Source: a phage
Direction: 5' to 3' (one strand)
Assembly (NCBI GenBank): GCA_011939005.1
Contig: GCA_011939005.1_4858.1
DNA: 64,000 nt
Under the pieces are notes generated by a model that did not search any database, was not told the DNA's origin, and worked only from the letters and a program-made list of their open reading frames with translations. A program made the translations under genes and the position numbers. Below, piece after piece: positions 38,530-47,955 of the stretch. Numbering within the stretch: position 1 is the first letter of the stretch; the number at the start of each line of letters is the position of its first letter.

Positions 38530-39228
38530 TTAGAGTAATTCGTCGTAAGAATCAGTGGTTGCTGGAGGTGCAGATTGTTGCTGCTGTTGATAACCGCCGC
38601 CGCTACGCTGACCACCACCCTGGCCACCGCCGTATCCGCCACGACCGAAGCTACCACCACCTTGCTGGAATTCACGCGGCTTATATTTCTCTTCCAGGTT
38701 CTGTAAGAACTTCTCGAAGTTAGTGATAAACGCACGTGCGCAGCGCTCAGCAAGTTCTAAATCAGAAACCTGCTGGCCGTCGCGGAAAATACGGAAACCT
38801 TTCGGGTAGGAGAAGTAGAACTTCTTCTGGCGGGCACCAACGCCCTGGATTTCACCGGCAATAGCGATGAACGGTACCAGGTTGTCTTCACGGCCAACAA
38901 TCAGACTAACGGGCGGTTTGTTGCCGTTTTCGTTAGTAAACTTCAGCATACTCTTTTCGCTCTTACGCAGACAATCCTGCAGAGCTTCGATAATGGTACG
39001 ACAAACCGTAATCGGTGCAGAGAAATAGAGACCTTCGCCCTTACCAAAAGAGTAGCTAAACTTCATAGTTTCAACATCACCGTTGAAATCATTCGGTTCA
39101 ATGTTGAGTTTACGCGTACGGTTTTGCTGATCCGGTTCGGTCTGCGGGTAAAGCCATTTGTCTTTGAAAATTTCTTGGTTAATCATCATTTCATCCTTTT
39201 CGGAAAAGCAGTCTAGTGGTTCACACAT
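38530..39228 (-). CDS. single-stranded DNA-binding protein-like
   Basis: Gly/Gln-rich linker GGGSFGRGGYGGGQGGGQRSGGGYQQQQQ and acidic C-terminal tip DSYDELL, the classic SSB tail design; true start may be the ATG at 39189. Confidence 0.45.
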   Translation of the reverse strand: MCEPLDCFSEKDEMMINQEIFKDKWLYPQTEPDQQNRTRKLNIEPNDFNGDVETMKFSYSFGKGEGLYFSAPITVCRTIIEALQDCLRKSEKSMLKFTNENGNKPPVSLIVGREDNLVPFIAIAGEIQGVGARQKKFYFSYPKGFRIFRDGQQVSDLELAERCARAFITNFEKFLQNLEEKYKPREFQQGGGSFGRGGYGGGQGGGQRSGGGYQQQQQSAPPATTDSYDELL

Positions 39229-39254
39229 GATGTCCCACTAACGTAAATTTTAAC

Positions 39255-40091
39255 TTACTTCATAAGCCTGCGGAGCAGTTCAATTACAAATGGCTCATTC
39301 ACCAGTTTTAGACAGTTATAAATACGGTCCATTGTGGTATCCTGTTTCCAGCTGTACTTCTCTGCGGTTTTTAACACCACCCCACGCGTTTTGCGATCGA
39401 GGGGTGAAAACATTATCCCGTCGCCAAACAACGTCAGGAACGCTTTGTTAAACGGAATATGTTGGGGTTTCCCGTTAAGTTTGGTGTACCACTCCAGTTG
39501 TGTTTTCACTTTACCGGTGTGCGATTCCAACAAACCCAGTTTAGGGAAATCTTTACGTGCCAGGAGATCAGCTGGCATGTGGGTCAGTAACAGTGTGTCG
39601 CGGCTACCCTCTGGGAAAACATCGAATTGACGGAAGTAATTTTCGTGTTTCTCACCGTACATTTTTAAGGTGTCGTGTTCCAGTGCATTATAGTGCAGCT
39701 GGTTTGGCGTCATCTTATCCTGACCGCCTGCAATGTTTTTGAACGAGGCTTCGGGAAACACTTTGTTAGCGCTACGATAGCTACAAAGGTACGGAACGCA
39801 TAACACCGAAGGGGCTACCGCTCTCGCGGTAGCCGTAAGATTATTAATATCTTCTTCAATCGATGTTAGCATCACGTCGGGTGTTAACCGTTCTCTATTC
39901 TCTTCAAACGCATAGAAGGCGTTACGGAACAATGTCCGGAGATTCAGGTATATTTCCTGATAGGAATGGATAGGCAATTCACCTTTCCAGTCGGCGTATT
40001 CGCCGGTATGCAGCAGACCTTCAAACGCCAGCGAACTGGCGATTGACACTGAATAGAACCCGAAAGTGCGATCAACACTGATTGGATTCAT
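39255..40091 (-). CDS. hypothetical protein (278 aa)
   Basis: ORF. Confidence 0.5.
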   Translation of the reverse strand: MNPISVDRTFGFYSVSIASSLAFEGLLHTGEYADWKGELPIHSYQEIYLNLRTLFRNAFYAFEENRERLTPDVMLTSIEEDINNLTATARAVAPSVLCVPYLCSYRSANKVFPEASFKNIAGGQDKMTPNQLHYNALEHDTLKMYGEKHENYFRQFDVFPEGSRDTLLLTHMPADLLARKDFPKLGLLESHTGKVKTQLEWYTKLNGKPQHIPFNKAFLTLFGDGIMFSPLDRKTRGVVLKTAEKYSWKQDTTMDRIYNCLKLVNEPFVIELLRRLMK

Positions 40092-41239
40092 TCTATTTTC
40101 CTAATGATTGCAGTAACAACATCAGGGTCGTACTTCACTGATGTTAGCTCTTCGAGAACCAACCGTTCGAAGTTCTCAGGAGTAGGTTTTTCGTACAGTG
40201 GGGCTTCGTTCGAAAAACTCTTCACTAACAACTCCTCTTCTTCAGAGGAGCGCACACGTTCTCCAGATATGTGGAACGTGTATTCTTTTTTCCACCGACT
40301 GACGTATTCGGCCATCGGTGAGCCTGCGTAATACTCGACCTCAAATCGCCCAATAGCGGACGAGGGATGATTGTCGATGTATTCTAATGCAGAAAGACAA
40401 GCTGCTAACTGCGCATCAAAGTCTTCCTGTGCCCGAATCTTTTTCTGCGGGCACGCGCGTGGGTTAACCAGGAAATAATCCCTGGCAACCGTATCGGTGA
40501 AATCGACAAGAGCTACGCCTTTGTCCTCCTCTTCACCTTGAGATAGTCGCTCAGGACTACCTACAACTCTTATCTTGTCTAATTCCTTGGGTCGATGGTC
40601 ATGCCCGATAAATATCAGGTGCTTGACTCTCGGCAACCAGAACTCCTCGTGGAAAGAACGAGGGGACTCGACAGGGAGTTGAAACTGGAAGCAGCCGTGC
40701 ATGAAGATAAAGTCTAACTTCTCCAAGCCTCGTGTCGCCATCAGTTCTGCCATTTCTGCCTCAGTGGCAGCAGCATTAATTTCATCGACGCCAGCAGCTT
40801 TATATTCGTCCTGCACCCAACCTACCATCGCATCGAGAGCCGGATCGTAAAATATCCCGATCCCTGCCAAATACAAACAGTCTGCGCCTATACTGATGTT
40901 CAGCGACTCAACTATTTTGGACTGGCCATGGTCATGGGACGGTGTTCCCTCAACGATGCGAACGGCGGTATTAGTGGCCTTAGACCACTGGAGCAACCAC
41001 GTCAAGAAGCCCACAGCTTCTTGAGAATCTTCCTGGCGAAGATGTCGGGAATCATCAAATAAATCCCCTGCTATATAAAAGGCGTCAAGCGTATTTTCGC
41101 AGCTAATGAGTATCTCACGTATCACATCCACGATGTGCCATGTGGGCACACGTTTATGCAACAAATGGATATCGTTAGTGTTCAAAAGGCGCTTAACGCC
41201 TTCTGGTCTCTTAGGAGGTTTAGTAATCTTCTCCATCAC
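40088..41239 (-). CDS. calcineurin-like metallophosphoesterase (Mre11/SbcD-like nuclease)
   Basis: Ordered motifs D-x-H (NDIHLLH), GDxxD (IAGDLFDD), GxxxHD (GTPSHDHG), H (FIFMHGC), GHxH (FIGHDHR). Confidence 0.6.
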   Translation of the reverse strand: MMEKITKPPKRPEGVKRLLNTNDIHLLHKRVPTWHIVDVIREILISCENTLDAFYIAGDLFDDSRHLRQEDSQEAVGFLTWLLQWSKATNTAVRIVEGTPSHDHGQSKIVESLNISIGADCLYLAGIGIFYDPALDAMVGWVQDEYKAAGVDEINAAATEAEMAELMATRGLEKLDFIFMHGCFQFQLPVESPRSFHEEFWLPRVKHLIFIGHDHRPKELDKIRVVGSPERLSQGEEEDKGVALVDFTDTVARDYFLVNPRACPQKKIRAQEDFDAQLAACLSALEYIDNHPSSAIGRFEVEYYAGSPMAEYVSRWKKEYTFHISGERVRSSEEEELLVKSFSNEAPLYEKPTPENFERLVLEELTSVKYDPDVVTAIIRKIE

Positions 41240-41894
41240 CGATCCCTACGATTGGCTGCGTTTGAGCTGGGGCTTGCACCGAAGTCTCTGCAGCTGTCGC
41301 CGTGTTTTTACCGCCGGTAATTTTATCGACGTATTCAACCAACCCTTCCGGATATGGCAATTGACCACCCACACCGTAGCGTCGGAAAATCCAGTTCAGC
41401 AAGTCAATAATGTACTTCGCACGAACTGAATTTTCAGCCAGAGACATATTTTCGATCCCGGTTAAGGTGTAATCGATCATCTTGTACATCTGGGTTTCAC
41501 CGACGGTTGCAATCACATCAACCTGACGACGGATGTACTCAGTCTCATCGGAGAGGGAGGGTTCGCCGTCAACGGTGATTAACGAGCGGCCGGTGTTCAG
41601 CAGAGCAGGGATGGTAAATAGCAGTTTGCTGTTATCAGCATCGTCCACAATCTGTAGGGGTACAAATGGACTTCCTACGTAAGCCGTCCAGGTCTCTTCG
41701 TTAAAAGTACCATCAAGCATCCCGGACAGCAGTGGTAAGCCCTGTCGACGGAACTGTGCTTCGGTGAACACACTGCAAACGTTCTGGCTTTCCGCCAAAT
41801 CGTTTTCAATCTCTTTGAGTTTGTTATACTCAAAGCGCATCTGCTCATTCATCTGACTTAACGGTACACCGTTAAATGTAGGTTCCTGGCTCAT
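41220..41894 (-). CDS. hypothetical protein (224 aa)
   Basis: ORF. Confidence 0.5.
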   Translation of the reverse strand: MSQEPTFNGVPLSQMNEQMRFEYNKLKEIENDLAESQNVCSVFTEAQFRRQGLPLLSGMLDGTFNEETWTAYVGSPFVPLQIVDDADNSKLLFTIPALLNTGRSLITVDGEPSLSDETEYIRRQVDVIATVGETQMYKMIDYTLTGIENMSLAENSVRAKYIIDLLNWIFRRYGVGGQLPYPEGLVEYVDKITGGKNTATAAETSVQAPAQTQPIVGIGDGEDY

Positions 41895-42280
41895 TACATA
41901 TCCTCAATCGCACTCGACTCGGTATCCACGTACCGCTCAACATCGTACCATTCACCGTCTACAACTTCTTGCACACGGACACTAATGAAGATGCGGTAGC
42001 GCACATCTGAATCTTTTAAAAACTCCCAGCTGGTTTCAACTTCAACGCCAGCAGGAAATACGTTCCCGTAGAGGTTCTCCAAATCCATTTTAATCTGGGC
42101 AACCATCCCGTCGGGATCTTGTGCAAACACAGCTTGCGTATACGCAAGTGATTTAATGTTCCCACGATAAACCACCGATTGGCTATAGCCAGACTCGGTG
42201 TAATGGTTCATCAACTCACGCGCCTTTTCCTGGGGTGTACGTGCCCAGCCACGTGTGGATAAGGTTCCTACCGCAATCAT
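41894..42280 (-). CDS. hypothetical protein
   Basis: ORF track start 42400 would translate through a terminator hairpin; ATG at about 42280 has GGAG 6 nt upstream. Confidence 0.45.
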   Translation of the reverse strand: MIAVGTLSTRGWARTPQEKARELMNHYTESGYSQSVVYRGNIKSLAYTQAVFAQDPDGMVAQIKMDLENLYGNVFPAGVEVETSWEFLKDSDVRYRIFISVRVQEVVDGEWYDVERYVDTESSAIEDM

Positions 42281-42329
42281 GTTAGCTCCTGTCAAATTCA
42301 AGGTAGGATGCTGCATACAGCCCCCAGTG

Positions 42330-42364
42330 AAGAAAAAAAGAGGGGCCGAAGCCCCATCTTTTTT
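42330..42364. terminator. bidirectional intrinsic terminator, UUCG loop
   Basis: A7 then GAGGGGC-cgaa-GCCCC then T6. Confidence 0.7.
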
Positions 42365-42944
42365 AACACGTCGCGCCAAGTTCCGAACAGGGATCACCAT
42401 CTTCCCAGTCGAAAGCTGACATGCGTGCCCAGTTAAGTTGAATATCCACTTTATCGATTCGACTCAGTCGTACTGCACGATCTTCATTGGTAGCCCATTG
42501 CCAAATCTTATCTTCGTCGTACTTCGTCGAAATGCCCGATGTTGCTTCGCGGAAGTGGTCATCGGTACGCATATACGCATTGCCTTTGAACACATCCAAC
42601 CGAGAAAAGCCGTTCTCATAACCAGTCGCCATACCGTCATTATACAACTTACGATATTCCGGCATGGCAACGAGGAATGGCTGTAAAGCAGCATTGGCGA
42701 ACTGGAATTCACCCAACTCTTCGATCTGTCTTACCATCTCTACCGCATCGCTATAACGTAATTTACGTGCGGTACTGAATGTTTCACGGAAACGCTCCAG
42801 TGAGATTAAGTCCTGACAATGTTCTTTTACACGGTCAACGAGATCGGGTGCCAGGCTAGACAGCGAAAACGATTCTTTGAATACGCTGAGTGCCCCGCTA
42901 CCTTCGGTCTGTTTCGTCCACACCGTGCTACCTTGTAGCCACAT
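42363..42944 (-). CDS. hypothetical protein (193 aa)
   Basis: ORF immediately downstream of the beta-prime exon 2. Confidence 0.5.
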   Translation of the reverse strand: MWLQGSTVWTKQTEGSGALSVFKESFSLSSLAPDLVDRVKEHCQDLISLERFRETFSTARKLRYSDAVEMVRQIEELGEFQFANAALQPFLVAMPEYRKLYNDGMATGYENGFSRLDVFKGNAYMRTDDHFREATSGISTKYDEDKIWQWATNEDRAVRLSRIDKVDIQLNWARMSAFDWEDGDPCSELGATC

Positions 42945-42957
42945 TACAATACTCCTA

Positions 42958-43230
42958 TTAGCCCATCACCGCTTCCAACGGAATGCCTTCTTCATCATCC
43001 TCATCTGCTTCAATAAGGAACTGGTTCTGCATACTGATTAGCTCGTTATGTAAAACCATGCCGTGTTCTACGCGGTCCACATCAGTAGAAGACATAAAGC
43101 CGTTATCTGGACGGAATTGGAGCGCCAACTTCATCTCAGTTTCATCGACTGGTAAACGTACCTGGAACTGGTCGCCATCAAAATCCTGTTTGTCCACTCC
43201 AATCCTTTTGGAGCAGGTGTGTAGTAACAC
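42958..43230 (-). CDS. RNA polymerase beta-prime-like subunit, 3' exon (carries catalytic DFDGDQ motif)
   Basis: LLHTCSKRIGVDKQDFDGDQFQV matches beta-prime [21 protein letters not shown]; open frame begins right after in-frame TAG TGA. Confidence 0.65.
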   Translation of the reverse strand: MLLHTCSKRIGVDKQDFDGDQFQVRLPVDETEMKLALQFRPDNGFMSSTDVDRVEHGMVLHNELISMQNQFLIEADEDDEEGIPLEAVMG

Positions 43231-44589
43231 CCTCCCTAACTTTCACTAGGGCACAGACCATACCTTAGCCATGAGCTTTCGCTTTTAGGCTCCTCCCCAC
43301 TTCGGTGCTATTCTAAGCACCTACGAGCATTTCAGCTCCGGTCGTTGAACGTTCCTCTTACGAGGCTTCGCTGCTGATTACCCATTGTTAAAACCCTTAG
43401 CAGTATTGTTTAGCATAGGTCATCTCATTACTTGTTTCCGACTTTCGTCTCCACATGGGCAAATGAGCTTTAGGGGTTCCCAGCAATTCAGGGAGATACA
43501 CATCAGAGGTTTCCCGTCTGATGGGGCAAGGCTATTCTGCTGTTAAATATTGAACTTCAAATTGTTTGTACTTTCCGGTTTGTGAGACTGCTTTGGCCAC
43601 AGTGTTTCTTTTCACACCAATCGCGTTTGAAAACTCTTGTAAAGAATTCCAAATGGTTTTGATGTTAGTGGTCGTATCAGTCACACGCACCATCGACGGT
43701 ACACGTTTTGGCATTTGTGATTGTGGTCTGGGTTTGCGGAGATCGATCATGTCAGTTATGGCAACATCGATATCCACCATGTACCACGCCTCATATCCAA
43801 ACTTAGTCAAATCGACGGAACCGCCGTTGAGATGGGAATAGATGAGGTGTGGTTTTATACCCACGTATTCGGCTGCTGCCGGTACAGACGAGAACAGGAA
43901 ATATGGTTCCTTACCAACTTTTCTGATGACCAGTCCTTTATTACCTGGTCCTGAGTTCTTACCAATAGAATTCTTGGTGAGAATCCAGTCGTCTTCCGGT
44001 ACCTTGACTTCAAACACATCATTTAGCGTGTATTGACGATTAAGCCCACGTGCGATCGAGCTTGAAACCAAGTGCCGATTAACGCCGATATACTCAGCCG
44101 CCTTAGTCATGCTACGGAACTGAACTATATCGCCGGTCTCGAGATTTCTGACATCGACAATAATGTTGTCAGTTCTTAGACCAGTATCGAAAGCATGATT
44201 AACATTTTCCTTTCGATAACACCACTCAAGGTTTACCACAGATGGATTACTCTTAACACCATCACGATGGTTAACCTCGTCACCACATTTATCCAGGAAC
44301 ACAGTCGCAACAATTCGATGTAAATGGGTTTCGCCTTTACAACCGCGCACTCCCAGGTATCCACTTTTGAGAATGAAGACTGGTAGCGGCGTGACCATAC
44401 CTTTTACTTTACAGTCGCCCAATGCATCAACAAAGAGATCACGATAGACTGGGTGTCTGTAATACCCCTTAAAAACATACGAGGGCTCTAAATCATCGCG
44501 TAGTTTCCTACTCAACTTTTCAATAATCACAATTTATTCCCTATTACCAGTCACCGACTAAGAATAAGGAATAGCAGAATAACACTTTT
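43231..44589 (-). mobile_element. putative group I intron (phage IA-like) carrying an HNH homing endonuclease ORF; boundaries approximate
   Basis: Splits a beta-prime-like coding sequence; ~300 nt non-coding RNA after the endonuclease ORF contains GUUCAACGACC (R-like) and UAUGGUCUGUGC (S-like) elements whose GACC/GGUC can pair as P7; candidate 5' exon ends in U and intron ends in G. Confidence 0.55.
43532..44530 (-). CDS. HNH homing endonuclease with NUMOD/IENR-type DNA-binding repeats
   Basis: HLHRIVA...VNHRDGVKSNPSVVNLEWCYRKENVNHA is an HNH motif; three helix-turn-helix-like repeats AAEYIGVNRHLV, AAEYVGIKPHLI, FSNAIGVKRNTV. Confidence 0.8.
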   Translation of the reverse strand: MIIEKLSRKLRDDLEPSYVFKGYYRHPVYRDLFVDALGDCKVKGMVTPLPVFILKSGYLGVRGCKGETHLHRIVATVFLDKCGDEVNHRDGVKSNPSVVNLEWCYRKENVNHAFDTGLRTDNIIVDVRNLETGDIVQFRSMTKAAEYIGVNRHLVSSSIARGLNRQYTLNDVFEVKVPEDDWILTKNSIGKNSGPGNKGLVIRKVGKEPYFLFSSVPAAAEYVGIKPHLIYSHLNGGSVDLTKFGYEAWYMVDIDVAITDMIDLRKPRPQSQMPKRVPSMVRVTDTTTNIKTIWNSLQEFSNAIGVKRNTVAKAVSQTGKYKQFEVQYLTAE

Positions 44590-45957
44590 ACCGTTAGCCA
44601 TCTTGATCACACGGTCAGAGATACGCAGCGAACACTGGTTAACATCGGTAACAACTTCGTCGATGAACAGCGTCTGAATAGACAACTGTACCAGCGTTGG
44701 GTTACGTAGCGGTATGACCATGATCCCAAGACCGCCTGGGGATTCACGAATCAGTTCTTTAAAGATTTCGTCTACAAGCGGGTCATACTGCATTGCCGCT
44801 TTTGCGACGATACGTTCACACTGCCGTGACGAATAACCGCGTCGTAGCAGTTTGTTCTCGATGTGGGTCGACATCAACCCAACCATCCAACGCCATGGTG
44901 CTTTTAACTTCCAGGCATCGTGTGGTTCTGAGATAGGTGAGATGGTTGCACGACCACCGAACGGGATGTGGGTAGAACCCAATTTCGCACGATAGTCACC
45001 CGGTTTACCTTCCATAGACTCACGACGGAAGTCCATGTGGAAGTACGTTAGCTGACGGTTCGCCTTCAAAGCACGACTAATCAGAAAACGTGGTTCGATC
45101 GCTTTACGCCGCGTATAGAGCAACGCGATATTTTTCACCGCGTCAATAGCACCCGTGAACACTGGGTCTACCATGACACCACGACGACCTTCCTCAGTAA
45201 CGATAAGTTTAGAGGAGATTAGCGGTAAGTGTCTTGGGAAGAATGCATGGCGTTGCGTTTCGAATAGCTCCTTCCATTGTAAACGTAAGCGTTCACCTTC
45301 AGCGGCGTTATGCCGATTAGGTGCGAAGATTTCCTTCCAGGCTTCTGGCGTGGTAAGGATGTTAAAGATACTAACGTGGTTATCAACCAGATTGCGCAAG
45401 CCACGAACGAAACCATGTTCTTCCAATACACGTTTCACAGCATGTGCGCGTTTACCGTCTGGTTCTTCTATACGGTAATACGGGTCAATCATCCACATCA
45501 TCAAGTCATTACCGCGTTCGATAGTGACCTTGTTACGTTCAAACTTCTTCAACTTGCTATTAAAGAAAGCATTGAACATTGCCCAGAATCGTGGGTTGAC
45601 GAAGTTACCCATTTCATCGGGTGCACGTAACCAGACATCGGATTCAATTCGATGTTCAGTTACAACATAGCCACACGTCGGACACTTACAACCGAGATTG
45701 TAACGATGCGCGATCGGTGCCGGACAATCCAAACTACAAATCGGTGCAGAGTTCAGTTCTTCGTCAACGATTCTGTTCTGTACCATGCGATCGATAAGTT
45801 CAGCAACCTCGATCGCATCCCCGTTAACGGCGACATCGTTAATAATAGTGGGTGGTTTAATACCTTTGGCAGCAGCTTCTATTTGCAAATCGGACAAATA
45901 GTTATCCTGACTAACCAACCGGCCGGATATTCCGTAGAATTTTGGTACCTTTCTCAC
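44551..45957 (-). CDS. RNA polymerase beta-prime-like subunit, N-terminal part (5' exon; ORF reads on into the intron to the stop at 44551)
   Basis: Zinc-ribbon-like CSLDCPAPIAHRYNLGCKCPTCGYVVT and RNPTLVQLSIQTL resembling beta-prime RxPTLHRLGIQAF. Confidence 0.7.
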   Translation of the reverse strand: MRKVPKFYGISGRLVSQDNYLSDLQIEAAAKGIKPPTIINDVAVNGDAIEVAELIDRMVQNRIVDEELNSAPICSLDCPAPIAHRYNLGCKCPTCGYVVTEHRIESDVWLRAPDEMGNFVNPRFWAMFNAFFNSKLKKFERNKVTIERGNDLMMWMIDPYYRIEEPDGKRAHAVKRVLEEHGFVRGLRNLVDNHVSIFNILTTPEAWKEIFAPNRHNAAEGERLRLQWKELFETQRHAFFPRHLPLISSKLIVTEEGRRGVMVDPVFTGAIDAVKNIALLYTRRKAIEPRFLISRALKANRQLTYFHMDFRRESMEGKPGDYRAKLGSTHIPFGGRATISPISEPHDAWKLKAPWRWMVGLMSTHIENKLLRRGYSSRQCERIVAKAAMQYDPLVDEIFKELIRESPGGLGIMVIPLRNPTLVQLSIQTLFIDEVVTDVNQCSLRISDRVIKMANGKSVILLFLILSR

Positions 45958-45969
45958 ACTGTCAACCTC

Positions 45970-46016
45970 AACAAAAAAAGAGGGAAGGACGGAGGCGTTA
46001 GCCCCCGTCCGTTTCC
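45970..46016 (-). terminator. intrinsic terminator
   Basis: A7 then GGACGG...CCGTCC hairpin on plus strand, after stop of 46040..47893. Confidence 0.6.
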
Positions 46017-46039
46017 TAACTACTCAGTAACCGATTCGA

Positions 46040-47893
46040 TTACAGTTTGAAGTTGCTCAGAGTCACGCCCAGACCGAAATCGGAACCGCTTGCAGACAGG
46101 CCGTTGCCAGACAGCGTGAAGTCTTCCCCACCGTTGTTGAAGAACAGAGAGGTCGCCATCGTGTTGTAGGCATTTACACCAGTCATAGACCAGGTGCAGT
46201 TGTTACGGACGAAGTCCAGCAGGCATTTACCGAAGATCGGGTTGATAGCCATATCCAGAGATTCACCGGTAGCTTGCGGTGCTTTGGATGCGAACAGAGA
46301 AGCGGCCAGTTTCAGCATGTAGATACGCTGTTGACGCTCGTTCAGTTCACGGTGGCTGTAGGACTGTGCGTTCAGGTAGCTATAGACGTCGTTCGCGTTA
46401 TCACCCAGTTTGGTAACAACGGAAATCAGGTCCATATCCTGGAAGCTACGTTTCTGTGCAGTACCGGTGTAAACACCGGAAACAGTCGGTACGGCTGCTT
46501 TCACGATGTGGCTGCAATGGATGGTACCATTGAAGGCATCGCCCAGCTGTGCTTTCAGTGCAGAAGCAAATACTGCAGTGAAGCTGGTCGCTGCAACAAC
46601 TTCGCCGTTCTGATCACGCGGGGACATGGAATTCAGAATAGCGAGCAGCTGTTTCAGAGAGTTGTCGTAACCGACCGCAATTTCAGACAGCAAAGTAGAC
46701 AGACCACCCAGGCCGTTACCGGCACGATGGCTAACTACCAGTGCTGCTTCACGCGGTGCGAACATATCCAGGCAACCTTCGATAGCTTCACGGCTACCGT
46801 CGATTTTGGATACATCAGGACGAGCGTCAGCACCCCAGGACAGGTATTCTGCCACACGGGAGAACTTGCGATCTTGTTTGTTCAGACGTTTCACAAACAG
46901 GTCACGCCAGCCACCGATTGCCGCGATTTCTGCAAATGCAGCCAGCAGCAGCAGTTGACGTTCATACGGTGCCATTGCACCTTCAGTTTGAGAATCGATC
47001 AGACTTACTACGATTTCAGCCTGCAGCTGTTTCAGGTCGTAGACGCCGTTAACGACAGGCTTCTGACCGGTGAAACGCATATTGACGAAACCGGTACCGG
47101 ATACACGCGGATACACCTGTACCTGATTGGTGTCCAGCAGAGTCGGAGTGGCGTCGGTTACGTTGCTTGGGCTGTGCTCAACGGTGATTGCGAAATCAGC
47201 ACGCTGTGCGTGGCCGTTAGCATCAACAACCGCACCATCTTCCAGCGGCATTACTGCGGCCTGATAACGGTCATGCTTACGCAGGTTCAGCGTACCCAGG
47301 TAGCCTGCGATACGACCGAAGATGCCCATCATCATCTGACCCATCAGAGTACGTGCCCACTCAGCATCCAGAACTTTACCCAGGTCTGGTACGGAGTTGA
47401 TGATCATGAAGTTCGCATTGGTCAGACCATGCGCTTCCATGATGTTTTTCTGTACTACTGCCAGCACGTCTTTGTTGAACAGTTCAGTGATGGTGTAGTA
47501 GTCTTCCTGGCCGTTGTTGGTAGTTTCTTTCAGACGCAGAGACTGACCGCGTTCAAAGAAGATGATACCGTACAGCCAGTGGCCCTGCCATTGGCCTGCG
47601 ACGTACGCCGCGGAACCCATTTCGTTACCCACGCCGACGATGGTGCCCCAGCGGAATGCGTTGAGGTATTCGTTGCTTTTCTTCAGCTCATCCAGGAGGT
47701 TGGTGAAGTGCATTGCATAGGTGCTGATGTTGCGGATGCCAAATGCGTTATCGAATTGGCTGACAGTAGAAGTACCCGGCACAGCAGTTTGCACTTTTAC
47801 AGTCTCGTTGCCCAGACCGCCCAGTGGTGCGGTGTCTTGAGTCTGAGTGTTGTTCTGCTGAGCGTTGTTGTTAGAGTCAACGATTTTTACCAT
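46040..47893 (-). CDS. abundant 617-aa protein: candidate phage-nucleus shell (chimallin-like) or major structural protein
   Basis: AAGGAA Shine-Dalgarno, promoter-like motif 45 nt upstream, strong terminator downstream, sits beside the beta-prime-like gene; assignment is by context only. Confidence 0.4.
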   Translation of the reverse strand: MVKIVDSNNNAQQNNTQTQDTAPLGGLGNETVKVQTAVPGTSTVSQFDNAFGIRNISTYAMHFTNLLDELKKSNEYLNAFRWGTIVGVGNEMGSAAYVAGQWQGHWLYGIIFFERGQSLRLKETTNNGQEDYYTITELFNKDVLAVVQKNIMEAHGLTNANFMIINSVPDLGKVLDAEWARTLMGQMMMGIFGRIAGYLGTLNLRKHDRYQAAVMPLEDGAVVDANGHAQRADFAITVEHSPSNVTDATPTLLDTNQVQVYPRVSGTGFVNMRFTGQKPVVNGVYDLKQLQAEIVVSLIDSQTEGAMAPYERQLLLLAAFAEIAAIGGWRDLFVKRLNKQDRKFSRVAEYLSWGADARPDVSKIDGSREAIEGCLDMFAPREAALVVSHRAGNGLGGLSTLLSEIAVGYDNSLKQLLAILNSMSPRDQNGEVVAATSFTAVFASALKAQLGDAFNGTIHCSHIVKAAVPTVSGVYTGTAQKRSFQDMDLISVVTKLGDNANDVYSYLNAQSYSHRELNERQQRIYMLKLAASLFASKAPQATGESLDMAINPIFGKCLLDFVRNNCTWSMTGVNAYNTMATSLFFNNGGEDFTLSGNGLSASGSDFGLGVTLSNFKL

Positions 47894-47936
47894 TTTAAAT
47901 ATTCCTTAATAGTGATTGCAATCATAGTTCGGTTCG

Positions 47937-47955
47937 CAGAGATAATATCTGCCTG
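47937..47955. promoter_or_regulatory. conserved promoter-like motif CAGAGATAATATCTGCCTG
   Basis: 44-62 nt upstream of minus-strand start at 47893. Confidence 0.5.

Noticed and set aside
43195-43230. Independent translation start for the DFDGDQ-containing piece (GTG with AAGGA upstream, or GGGAGG next to the GTG at 43230)
   Set aside because: Not excluded, but the beta-prime-like homology (LLHTC) begins upstream of the best-spaced GTG and the intervening RNA has group I-like R/S elements, so the intron model is preferred.
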